Shown here piece by piece: positions 29,301-38,500 of a stretch of DNA of 48,521 nucleotides (position 1 is the stretch's first letter; the number at the start of each line of letters is the position of its first letter). Origin of the DNA: Candidatus Thalassarchaeaceae archaeon. Lineage in GTDB: Archaea > Thermoplasmatota > Poseidoniia > Poseidoniales > Thalassarchaeaceae. Both the position numbers and the translations under genes were made by a program. The notes below the pieces were generated by a model. That model was given only the letters and a program-made list of their open reading frames with translations. It made no database searches and was not told the origin of the DNA. The stretch is from assembly GCA_030747675.1 (NCBI GenBank), contig JASLKH010000056.1, positions 1-48,521 of the forward strand, read 5' to 3'.

Positions 29301-29742
29301 AGATGATAATTGGGAAAAAGCAATTTCAAACCAAGTAGTTTCTGAAAAACGAGCAAAAGTTCTTCGAAATTACAACACATGGTCCCCTGGAGATGTAGAA
29401 CAACTTTCCACTGAGGCAAGTGCTTACAATAAATGTGTAGAAGAATTTCTTGTATCCCAATCGCCTATGTACCAGCGGATCACAGATTACAAATCTAGTA
29501 TGAATAAGAATACATCCAAGAATAGAACATCTATTCAGCGGCAGAAAATATACCCTGAGAGTGGAGACAGAGAAATTATGCGGGTAGGGCGCGCACTCTC
29601 TAATCAATCTATATGGGGCATAGGGTCGATACTTGTTGCCACGCGTGATTCGGACTTCACAGTAGGTTCAAAGATGCTAGAAGATAAGCTAGGATTTGGT
29701 GTGATACGAAAACTGGATGACCTGAATCAGAGGCTTAGGTAA
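26386..29742 (+). CDS. Large helical-repeat protein with a C-terminal PIN nuclease domain
   Basis: 1118 aa. The C-terminus (~29050-29742) reads MVLIDTNLLIDA...YIPSIVISEL...GDREIM...ILVATRDSDF, i.e. the PIN acidic residues. RG-rich patch near the N-terminus. Confidence 0.8.
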   Translation: MEDKLQECLNMVTNKADLSKLRKSAAYDLLDKPWVGLLEFVLSKDAQLETSGDKKSSQRPRGPRGRGRSGNRNPFVALLEPTSALITSDAPPGYRLTALLVQRSLSSNRWKPEWDNDIEKLRDTCKSGIHPVWSEMAQKSHIISELMSYPTKKPKARQGNIKSWVEGAKIDPNNNEAVIGWLNAPNPFNLNSEVEQAIQRIAKDIMKNRASEKHLLALEKLEGNPSLIRAIIHTNISKEAAIPELEKIVAEDNDVQSVAQNILEITQLRNGNTSYWKACYSVKGDDPLSVAMRNQSWKNIPDNASLSVLELQEGIEAQEGPIDPALEWALFVALIGDKLFKEADELVSGISVIDKSRLPHILKFLSNYNSPKLVERLTEEIHKFNHEEIIEIMNSDVRNTLRVSAALELQKEGGDPWVEHQNLALDIVGQAGNASQIGTILRKIDNSAEKHPYLTLLVYHLLDASAKEDLREWATSSRVISITTLAKGSVNDPNTASNNLIKILEGAPSEIAPIHACLDPSGIKAFNQCRRALMDEGDGLVAKNLLDELENSVKNSGMKPIEENLFIAVITDLRFNRVLNLLENGKKEDVAVAETSLNTLIGKTPRMRIMGEARQAILEYGLSIPALSDWHRENIPSSPWHRLILAFIDVRDDKQLSAARGLRDSSRIDIFSYEERVRLARRALILFAHAGEWRLAVEMLENPHQSALKSALTNQFQLYLHVCNEQSKGRSGPALEHILRSIKREEEYDYENPEGETEKRTRTTYPSDELDSMFNYPNIHGLPKEPWQGRIRAALNGLTDNRRSPMSLLQSRFRNILTDKGTVSEIEAIAKEAAELDPITGLMMFERAINSGQYLNEKKPLLRSQKAVYSLHQEQIPIKSRMKFRHLQLKPMVLIDTNLLIDAIKEEIHRELGNETGSITYQGGSTFHRKLYSKATKKEIECYIPSIVISELIARTKSPQKLRELFTQDLIEDDNWEKAISNQVVSEKRAKVLRNYNTWSPGDVEQLSTEASAYNKCVEEFLVSQSPMYQRITDYKSSMNKNTSKNRTSIQRQKIYPESGDREIMRVGRALSNQSIWGIGSILVATRDSDFTVGSKMLEDKLGFGVIRKLDDLNQRLR

Positions 29743-29768
29743 GCCAATAAACTAAAACTGTTAAAATC

Positions 29769-29982
29769 AATTAATTACAGTTAATTAAAAAAAAAAGTAA
29801 TTAATTTCAATTAATTTAATTATGGTGGAATATATCTCCAAAACCCGACACCCTGGTCGACTAAGCCGAATTGATTGATTCTAGAGGGTTTTTCCAAATG
29901 GACTCTAAAAACCCGATCCAAACGAGTGGGTCAACAGCTACACCGAAACTATCTCAAAATATGTAATTAATTGAAATTAATT
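29769..29982. repeat. Five AATTAATT boxes, including an 18-bp perfect inverted repeat flanking a 148-bp core
   Basis: Boxes at 29769, 29799, 29809, 29965 and 29975. 29799-29816 is the exact reverse complement of 29965-29982. Confidence 0.8.
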
Positions 29983-30041
29983 CAATTATTCCGAATAATA
30001 TCCGAATTAAATATAAGATGTGCCTTGTACGCACACATTGT

Positions 30042-31016
30042 ATGGAGACAGCCAAACCAATCCCATCTTCATTTGTCACACGCTTGATGGATGAGGCAAA
30101 ACAAGTAGGTTTGAGCACAGACGAATACTGCAGACTCTTGTTGAACAACGAATCCTTTTACAAACAAAACACCACAACATTTGAAACCGGATCAAACCCG
30201 TTTAAACAACTCAAAGGAAAACAACTCAATCCATCAATCCTAAGCGAAACTATTGACGCCCACCCCTTTACAGAAAATGCATTGGCCGGACATATCAACC
30301 GACTCCTACCTCTCAAAGTAGGGTGCAGGATATTATGGTCAATGATTGATGATTCAGGCATAGGACCAACTCCACGCCAATTTCGTTCAACCATTGCATC
30401 AAAAGCCCATGCATTCAGAATTTTTCTGAAAGGAACGGATGAAAACCAAGCCCGCCCTAGAGGGGATCGCTTACACTCTTCATTCCCAACAAGTAGTGAT
30501 GCTGCTGTGAATAGATTCCTCAACCAATACATGCTTCGAAGAACAGGTACAGGAAACAAATACCCGACAGGAGCGTTGCACGACTTCGGACTTATTGCAA
30601 TATCAGATTCGGGAACGGTACAATTCACAGAGACAGGTCGTAAATTCACTCTTCTTCTGAACCCAGTTATTGATGAAGGAAATTTCCGAGGCGCATCATT
30701 TTCTGCTGATGAACAAGTTCTAATTTTGTCTCAAGTGCGAAGTGAAATGAATCGGGAATGGAAATTTATGCGCCATATCCTAGATGGAATACATCTTGGT
30801 TCAAACACTCCAACATCGCTTCTTTCTAGAATATCTCGCCGTTATGGCCCCGGTACAAAGGCCGATTGGAGCAACTCCGTAATGCCCCACATGCGCAGCG
30901 GTGTATTGGGTAGAATGCAAGCACTTGGTCTAATCAAACGCACATTCACAGAAAACCGAGTTGAGTACAGAGTAACACCTCTTGCACTCGTAATTCTTGA
31001 AGAGGACATGGCTTAA
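30042..31016 (+). CDS. Hypothetical putative DNA-binding protein (RHH-like N-terminus, winged-helix-like modules)
   Basis: SFVTRLMDEAKQVGLSTDEYCRLLL is RHH/CopG-like. GALHDFGLI...VQFTETGRKF and LGRMQALGLIKR...YRVTP resemble wHTH wing ends. The TATA-like TTAAATATAA at 30007-30016 favours a leaderless ATG at 30042. Confidence 0.6.
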   Translation: METAKPIPSSFVTRLMDEAKQVGLSTDEYCRLLLNNESFYKQNTTTFETGSNPFKQLKGKQLNPSILSETIDAHPFTENALAGHINRLLPLKVGCRILWSMIDDSGIGPTPRQFRSTIASKAHAFRIFLKGTDENQARPRGDRLHSSFPTSSDAAVNRFLNQYMLRRTGTGNKYPTGALHDFGLIAISDSGTVQFTETGRKFTLLLNPVIDEGNFRGASFSADEQVLILSQVRSEMNREWKFMRHILDGIHLGSNTPTSLLSRISRRYGPGTKADWSNSVMPHMRSGVLGRMQALGLIKRTFTENRVEYRVTPLALVILEEDMA

Positions 31017-31028
31017 GGGGGTGGGAAT

Positions 31029-31919
31029 TTGATTGCAATACCATGGTCCGCCGCAATATTATTTTCCATATTAGCTGCAATGATCACCTTCGGCCTCTAT
31101 GCAATTCTTTCTGCTGAATCAAATCCCGCTCATGCGGCACGCCTCACCAATGTTCGCGCCTCACCGGTTGCAGCTCCAGCATCCCGTCCTCAGCGATTTG
31201 CATTGGAGGACGAAATGGTTAGAATGAGCAAACCCAAAATTGAGACGCGAGAGTCCGACACCCTTTCTGATCACGATTCTGCTGAGTTGGTCGAAGAAGC
31301 CTCTGTCGAATATGAGGATGAAGATTCCCAACCAATCGAGGATATTCCAGAAATAGAGGAAGAAGCAGAATCCGAGGAAACCCCTGGCACCAATTCCCTT
31401 GATAGTGAATTTTTACTTGAAGAAATTGGGAAGGAATGGCAAATTAAAGCCGGAAGCGGACAATCAGCAACAACATTGGATGAGGCGACCGGAGAGGCAG
31501 TACGAGAATCCGACACATCCGAATTCGAAGAACGCCTTAACCGAGAAGGAGCTCAAACAGGAAAGGTCCAAGTGAGCCTTATTTGGGATAATACGAATGA
31601 TTTGGACCTCAGTGTAGTTTGCCCTTCAGGTGAAAGAATATCTTTTGATCACAAAACGTCACGTTGCGGAGGTAGGTTGGACATTGATATGAACGAATCC
31701 CCCACTAGTGAACAACCCGTTGAGAATATTTATTGGTCAAAGGATTCCGCTCCGAAAGGAGATTACAAGGTCTTTGTCGAACACTTTGAACATCATGCTG
31801 AAGAGGATTTAACAAATTTCCGAATTCTTGTAAACGATGGGGACAATAATAAGGAATTCAAGGGCGAAATTACTAACGACGAACCACCACAATTAGTGTG
31901 TGTTTTTTCTGTTGAATGA
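31029..31919 (+). CDS. Membrane-anchored YfaP/DUF2135-like protein
   Basis: N-terminal TM, acidic linker, then VQVSLIWDNTNDLDLSVVCPSGERI...CGGRLDIDMN...VENIYW...GDYKVFVEHF (~31521-31919). TTG start after a GGGGTGGGA RBS. Confidence 0.75.
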   Translation: MIAIPWSAAILFSILAAMITFGLYAILSAESNPAHAARLTNVRASPVAAPASRPQRFALEDEMVRMSKPKIETRESDTLSDHDSAELVEEASVEYEDEDSQPIEDIPEIEEEAESEETPGTNSLDSEFLLEEIGKEWQIKAGSGQSATTLDEATGEAVRESDTSEFEERLNREGAQTGKVQVSLIWDNTNDLDLSVVCPSGERISFDHKTSRCGGRLDIDMNESPTSEQPVENIYWSKDSAPKGDYKVFVEHFEHHAEEDLTNFRILVNDGDNNKEFKGEITNDEPPQLVCVFSVE

Positions 31920-31928
31920 GGGGTATAA

Positions 31929-32375
31929 ATGCGTTTGACTCGAAAATCACGCCGCAGACAGCGGCTAATTAATCGGGCAAAAACCATCGAGGCGTTGCAA
32001 ACAATAGCCAACGACATTCAAGCTGCATTTGATAACCGTGAAATCACTCACAACGAGGCCGTGATTTTAGGTAATCAAATTCAAAGATGCGCTGATTTGA
32101 TAGATGGCACACAACTGGTGTACGCAATTTCAGATCGCGACGCATACCGCCGATTAATTGAAGTATATCTCGATGACGGAATTCTATCAAGAACAGAACA
32201 AATATTACTTTGGGACGAACGCAGGAAACTGGGTATTTCAGAGGACGCCCACACCCGATTACTTGTGGCATTAATCGCTCGTTACCAGCGGCAAGGCCGA
32301 CCAGTTCATGTTCAAAATGCACCCCGCTCTATCCCAAAATCGGGCGCCGATGAAAATACAGGAGGGAGCAATTAG
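31929..32375 (+). CDS. Small TerB-like helical protein
   Basis: AFDNREITHNEAVIL and YLDDGILSRTEQILLWDERRKLGISEDAHTRL. Confidence 0.6.
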   Translation: MRLTRKSRRRQRLINRAKTIEALQTIANDIQAAFDNREITHNEAVILGNQIQRCADLIDGTQLVYAISDRDAYRRLIEVYLDDGILSRTEQILLWDERRKLGISEDAHTRLLVALIARYQRQGRPVHVQNAPRSIPKSGADENTGGSN

Positions 32376-35300
32376 TTGGCAATTGAAGTAGGGTATATCG
32401 TTGCAGCCTTAATTGCAGGTGTACTAATATGGCAAGCCACATCACAATTGGGGTCAAAGCGCCGCACCCGCACATCGTTATTGGAAACCTTCGCGATAGA
32501 AGACATTGCGGTTGCCGATGAACCATTCACGCCACGTAAAGATTCAAACGCATCTTTACTCACACCCCGAATTGAATATCAAGAAGAATTAATCCCATTC
32601 GGATCAACACATTCTTTGGAAAAAGCACCAGATATAAAGAACGAAAAAGAAAGTAACTTAGAGGGAGAGGTAACCACACTAAAAGAAGTCGCCATCGAAC
32701 GTTATTCAGTTAGAGAGAGATCGAATGAGAAAGTTTCTGAATGTAAGGAACTTATCCAATTAATCAAAGATTTACGAGAGCAATACAATGTAGAAATAGA
32801 TGATGAATTCTTAGAAGGGCCATTAGAAGGACTAACATTAGCAGAGTTGGACATTCGCCAATCATCTCTCTTGGAAGTTTATGATAAATTATACCAACAT
32901 TCCTTCCAAGAGCAAGTTCAAAAAGTTCGTCGGGAGCAGCTTGAATTCGAATCAAAAGTTGGTGAAAAAGAAAACCAAACAGCGGCTGGAAAACTGGCAA
33001 ACCTCGCCGATGAATTATCCAATTTACGTCGCGAAGAAGAATTGTATCGCCAAATTCAATCTTCAAAAACAACCAAAACTCTTGAATCATTAGATATGTC
33101 TAACCTCGATGTAGATACAACAAAACGCATCACGGCACACTACGACTTTTACTATTCTAGATTAAGTGAAATAGAACGACTACGCACAGAATCCGAAAGA
33201 TACGAATTCCATACCAACGCCATTCTAGATTGTGATGAAAAAGAGAAGTTACTGACAATGGTCTTTGACGGCGTCAACACTAGGATGCGAGTTGAATTGG
33301 AAGAGCGGAGAGAAAAACGGGCAATAGCACTTGATTTACGCGATAAGATGGAGCAACAAAATGCCAACGCGGCAGAACTTCGCCTAGAAATCGAAACAGC
33401 AGTAAGCACAACAGCAATCGATCAAATACAAATCACAGGAGTTAGCCCCCTGCAAGAAAATGAACTCACCGAATTACTCCATGTTACGCGTCAGCAACTG
33501 GCATATTCAGAACTTGAAACTATAATACAGAATTGCGAATATGTTTTGGAACTAGATGCAATACACTTTGAAGGGGTGAATGAAGAACAACTCACAGCCC
33601 TCATTGAGATAAGAGCCAACAAAAGAGCCGAACTGGTCGAGTTTGCTAAACTGGAGAAATTTGAGGAACAATACACTGCATATCTCGACTCAATGCCTGG
33701 GATAGATGACATTGAGGAACTTTTAGGGATAGAAATTGAAAACGTGTCAGAATCTCAAGCCCAGGAATTAGAGAATCTCCGACTTTCTAGATTGGATCAT
33801 TTAGAAGAAATTGAGAGGATACGAATTGAACAAGAACAAGCAGAAAACTTTGAAAATCTCAGGAAACAACTTGAATCAGCGAAGACCTCTAATGAGGTTG
33901 AAGCAATTGTAATCGAAGGGGTCAACGAAGATCAAGAATTAGCGCTGACCGAGATTAAATCAGAAGTATTCGAGATTCTGTTAGAAGATGAAAAGGTAAC
34001 AGAATATGTTGAAAAGGCAGAAAAAGCAAGCAAATCCCCTCCCTCTCCGGATAATTTTGATTTCGACACCGAGTCAACATTTAGGACACGCGTTAAAACA
34101 TTAGGTGCAAAGGATGGCCTCCTTCGCCTTAGTTTACTCTGGAACAATAAGAATGATTTGGACCTAATTGTTCGAACTTCAAAAGGAGAAATTATTCACA
34201 GAGGTTCTCGAAATTCATCTTGTGGTGGAATATTGGATTTAGAAATGAATGCCAAACCAGAGATGAGTTCAGCGATGGAGAACATTGTGTGGCCCAACGG
34301 AAAGATCCCCCCCGAAGGAACATACAACATTTTCATTTGGCATCGGAACCGCCACCAAAAATTGCGAAGAACAGATCCAACAGAATATACACTACGAGCA
34401 AAAGTCGGTGCAGAGTATTTCCAATATGAGGGAAAAATTAGTTATGGGGACAATTTACGATTAATCGCCTCAATTGAAGTCCCCGAATCGAATACAATGC
34501 AAAATAGAATGGTCACTGAAGGCAATTTGTATCAAGAATTACGAAGTACTGCAAAATCAGCAAAGAAGTTGAAAGAATTTCCAGAAATAGACGATGAACT
34601 CTCATCATTACACAAAGTGATGTTAGAGCGAATCATTGAGAAAAAGACATCAGAAATCAAAGAAAAAGCGGAAAGACGCCGTGCAGAAAAACAAGCAGCA
34701 GAATATTCACGCATAATACTGGAAATCGAATCATCAATGAATTTGGATGAATTATCAGCAGTTCGATATGACAAGGCTTCCGATGAAGAAATAGTCACTA
34801 TTGAAAAATTGATTACTAAGCGAAGTAAAGCAATCGAATCAGGCTTAAAGAAGCAAGAAATTATGGAGATGAAACAAAGAATCCAGGATTTCAAAACCCA
34901 AATTAATGAAGCCAAAACACTCGTTGATCTTTCATCAATAATTTTCGATGACATCGAAAAAAGAGACGCCATTACTCTACAAAGACTACGTACAGCTAGA
35001 CGAAAAACTCTCCAAAAGAAACTTTCAACAGACGATGTCGAGAAAGATAAACAAGATCGCTTACACAAGGCTTTGAATGAAGCCTACAGTCGTGGAGGCC
35101 TGCAACCATTACCTGCCGATGAGGGCCGACCATCGGCATTCAATGAGCGCCTAGAGGACGCCAATGCAGGCATCGGAGATGTCCAAATATCACTCTTGTG
35201 GGACAACAAAAATGACTTCAATGTTCTAGTGATTACCCCCTCACAAGAAATTATTCATCCTCGGAATCGAAAGTCATCAGATGGAGGATATCAGGATATT

Positions 35301-35543
35301 GAAATGAATCAGAAAGGCGAATCAAAGGAACCTATTGAGAATATTTTCTGGCCTGAAGGCAAGGCCCCAAAAGGCCTTTATTACATCTACATACATTTCT
35401 ATAAAGAGCATCAATTATTCAGAAAAATTGACATTTCTGAATGCCGAGTCCAAATCTTATATCAAGGACAACGGACAGAATATGCTGCACAGATGTCACT
35501 TTCTAATAAATTACAATTCATTACAATGCTTAAGGTGGAATAA
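32376..35543 (+). CDS. Membrane-anchored helical-repeat protein with two YfaP/DUF2135-like domains
   Basis: N-terminal TM followed by SKRRTR, a Glu-rich helical rod, YfaP-like domain 1 (~34077-34490; LSLLWNNKNDLDL...CGGILDLEMN...ENIVW) and domain 2 (~35136-35543; ISLLWDNKNDFNV...ENIFW). Confidence 0.8.
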   Translation: MAIEVGYIVAALIAGVLIWQATSQLGSKRRTRTSLLETFAIEDIAVADEPFTPRKDSNASLLTPRIEYQEELIPFGSTHSLEKAPDIKNEKESNLEGEVTTLKEVAIERYSVRERSNEKVSECKELIQLIKDLREQYNVEIDDEFLEGPLEGLTLAELDIRQSSLLEVYDKLYQHSFQEQVQKVRREQLEFESKVGEKENQTAAGKLANLADELSNLRREEELYRQIQSSKTTKTLESLDMSNLDVDTTKRITAHYDFYYSRLSEIERLRTESERYEFHTNAILDCDEKEKLLTMVFDGVNTRMRVELEERREKRAIALDLRDKMEQQNANAAELRLEIETAVSTTAIDQIQITGVSPLQENELTELLHVTRQQLAYSELETIIQNCEYVLELDAIHFEGVNEEQLTALIEIRANKRAELVEFAKLEKFEEQYTAYLDSMPGIDDIEELLGIEIENVSESQAQELENLRLSRLDHLEEIERIRIEQEQAENFENLRKQLESAKTSNEVEAIVIEGVNEDQELALTEIKSEVFEILLEDEKVTEYVEKAEKASKSPPSPDNFDFDTESTFRTRVKTLGAKDGLLRLSLLWNNKNDLDLIVRTSKGEIIHRGSRNSSCGGILDLEMNAKPEMSSAMENIVWPNGKIPPEGTYNIFIWHRNRHQKLRRTDPTEYTLRAKVGAEYFQYEGKISYGDNLRLIASIEVPESNTMQNRMVTEGNLYQELRSTAKSAKKLKEFPEIDDELSSLHKVMLERIIEKKTSEIKEKAERRRAEKQAAEYSRIILEIESSMNLDELSAVRYDKASDEEIVTIEKLITKRSKAIESGLKKQEIMEMKQRIQDFKTQINEAKTLVDLSSIIFDDIEKRDAITLQRLRTARRKTLQKKLSTDDVEKDKQDRLHKALNEAYSRGGLQPLPADEGRPSAFNERLEDANAGIGDVQISLLWDNKNDFNVLVITPSQEIIHPRNRKSSDGGYQDIEMNQKGESKEPIENIFWPEGKAPKGLYYIYIHFYKEHQLFRKIDISECRVQILYQGQRTEYAAQMSLSNKLQFITMLKVE

Positions 35544-35545
35544 CA

Positions 35546-38500
35546 ATGACAGGAAACACAGAAAAAACGTCGAAAGTGGCACCCACCCTCCTTATTTTGA
35601 TTATGCTAATCCAAATTTTATCCCCATTCCAAATCCCCAATAATTTGCAATCCGAGCAAGAAATATCAGATTCTACATTAGGGCGAACAGCCTACCCTGA
35701 CATCAATATTACAGCAATTATTTGGATTGGACCCTCATATTATTGCATTCTATGTGTTATTGATGTGCTGGCACCTGTTGAACAAGAAGTCATGATAAAA
35801 TTCCGCAACGATGGTTTACTGAAGGCTGACAGCACTCATTTCCGATTCGATGTTAATTCAGTAGAAATAGCCAATCATACATTTTTCAATGTCATGCCTG
35901 GGGAGGAACAAAACTACATTTTCACATGGACCCCAACTTTAGGTAATGGCCAAACATTCCAAGCATATGCAGCAATAACACCCGTGGGCGCAGACCCAGA
36001 TATGTCCAATAATCAAAAAATCAAGGGTTTCAACTCTTACTTTGATCAAAACGATGGAGATATTTACTCCGATACATTACCACCGGGAGGAACCAGGTTA
36101 CCAGGGGAACCATCAAGTGTTTCTGTTGGTGTTAGAAATGCAGGAAACACAGAAAGTGAAGTTACGACATTAATCTCCCTCACCCCCAGTGGGGGGGGGC
36201 CACCGACTGAATTTTTCTCACAACCGATCAATTTGTCTGCTGGAAGTGTGGCAGAACCAGCTCAAGTAACGTTATCCTCAGTGATGATTGATGGTACAAA
36301 TCTCTCAGGTAGTTATATGATGGCAGGCAATGTTTACTTCAATAGTACACTAGCCCCTCAGGCAGTCGTATCAATTGTCCCGAGAATAGTCACCTTTAGT
36401 CCATATCGGGCCACCATAGTGTCCCCAAGTGACCGTGCAGTCGAACCAGGAAACTCAGCCACCCTGACATTCATAGTTCAAAACATAGGCGAATCTGCAG
36501 ACCGATTCAATATTTCAGTACACTCAGTGCAAGGCTGGTTTGACTCTTCATCCCCGTCCGCACCCGCTTCACAAACTCCAATTATATCACCGGGCTCTTC
36601 AGCCGTAATCCTAGTCCCTGTATCAGTCCCATTAAACACAAATCGTTCAGAATCAGATCTAATTACTGTGGAAATTGAGAGTGAAGGCGCAGTACCATCG
36701 TACAATGTTTCAGGATCCTCTGCTGTTATGGCAGGAGACATATTACAAGGAACTCTAAACACATCAGCGTGGAATGTGCAAATAATTCCGGGTCAAACAG
36801 AATCGATACAATATACGTTAAACAACACAGGAACATCTCCATCATTCTTTGAACTTGATACAGGCTTTGCTCAGGTTGCACCCGGTTGGTCAGCCACAAT
36901 TGAACCTGAAACAACACCCTACATGACTGTTGGAGCATCCATTGTAGTTACAGTCACAGTATCCCCTCCTGCTCTTTCATTACCATTTGATCCAACAACG
37001 AAACTCGCTGAAGGCAATTCCTTGACATTGTGGACAACTGTCCAACCCACATTACAAGACCAAACTGCAGGCGCCCCAAATGTTCAGGAAACAATTCTTG
37101 AAGTCCAACCTGCAGTTATGATTGAATTTATCACAGATGAAACAGATCTAATAGTTGACATATCTGAATTAAATTCAGGTGCGATTGGAAAGCACATCTA
37201 TTTCGATATGGAACTTCGTCATAATTTAATGAGTAATTTAAGCTCTTTAGTTGACATAGAATTGCGAACAGCCCCTAGTGCTTTTGACCCCTCGAGAAGC
37301 GGAGTAGGCTCACAAGAAATTTTGAGATGGAATAGTTCTGTGACACCGAATAATGCAACAATGAATCCAGGTGATACACAGGCCCTCTTGGCTTCAGCAC
37401 TGGGGCCATTCGAAAGTCCCCTTGCCGGAATCATAAGCATCGATGTTATTGCCAATTTGACATTATCTGGAGCCTTAAGTGGTATTCAGGCCCCAGAAAC
37501 AACTCTAACATGGAGTATTTCCATTCCTGAATTAACTGAGGTGGAAATCGGAATCCCAGAACCCACAATAGTTGTCCCTGGAATCTCCGGCACAGCATCA
37601 GTAAACATCAACAATACAGGGAACCACAAGACAAATCTGTCATACACAGTAGAAGGTCCGGCAGGTTGGACAGTTTCAACTTCTCCAACGGAAGTTACAG
37701 GGTTGGGCTCAACATTCGATACATACCCTTCTATTGGAACCGATAATACAACTGTTTCAGTGACAGCAATAGCCCCTGCTCTTTGGCGTGCCGATGATGT
37801 ACCAGACATAACCCTGACAGTTTTGGATGAAAATGGTGAAAATGTCACCCAAGAAAATATACCTTTCTTGGTCCAAGAATTGATCGAAGCCGTACTTTTA
37901 CCCGATGAAGCAGCAGCCTATCTCCCAGTTAATGAAACAGAAATTATCCTGTTGAAAGTAACAAATTCAGGTAATAGTCATCAAGAATTTTCTATGATGG
38001 TTGAGGATACCTTAGCAGACATAAACTTACGAGTCCTCTCAAATTCAACGATGTCACTAGATCCCGGTGAAGATGCCTTCGTTGATATCGAAGTTGAATC
38101 AGGCCAATTCGCACGAGCCGATGAAAACCATAGTTCAGTTGCAACTCTATATCACAACGGTGTCGGCATCGCTCAAACCTCAATCTTTGTAGAAGTATTA
38201 CCTAATCACGACATCGTATTCGAACACCATCCTGATTACTCAGTTACGCCCGGCAAGGAAGCACCAATCGCATTCAATATTACAAACAACGGAAATCTCG
38301 ATGAGAATATCAATTTCTCAGCAATTCTTCCAGAAGGTTGGAGTGCAGAAATAAGCCCTGAAAACATGACAATATCAGCCGGCACCCAGGAAGTAAAAAC
38401 AGTCAATGTAGTCGTTAATGTACCACCAATGTCAAGTGGTTCAGGCCCTGAAGCTGACAGTACTCATGAAATGCTTTTCACTGCTACAAACGCTACCGAC

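Noticed and set aside
29882-29914. Crossed complementary segments TAGAG/CTCTA and GGTTTTT/AAAAACC as an H-type pseudoknot
   Set aside because: There is no loop between the two 5' strands, so the fold is sterically implausible, and short matches like these are expected by chance.
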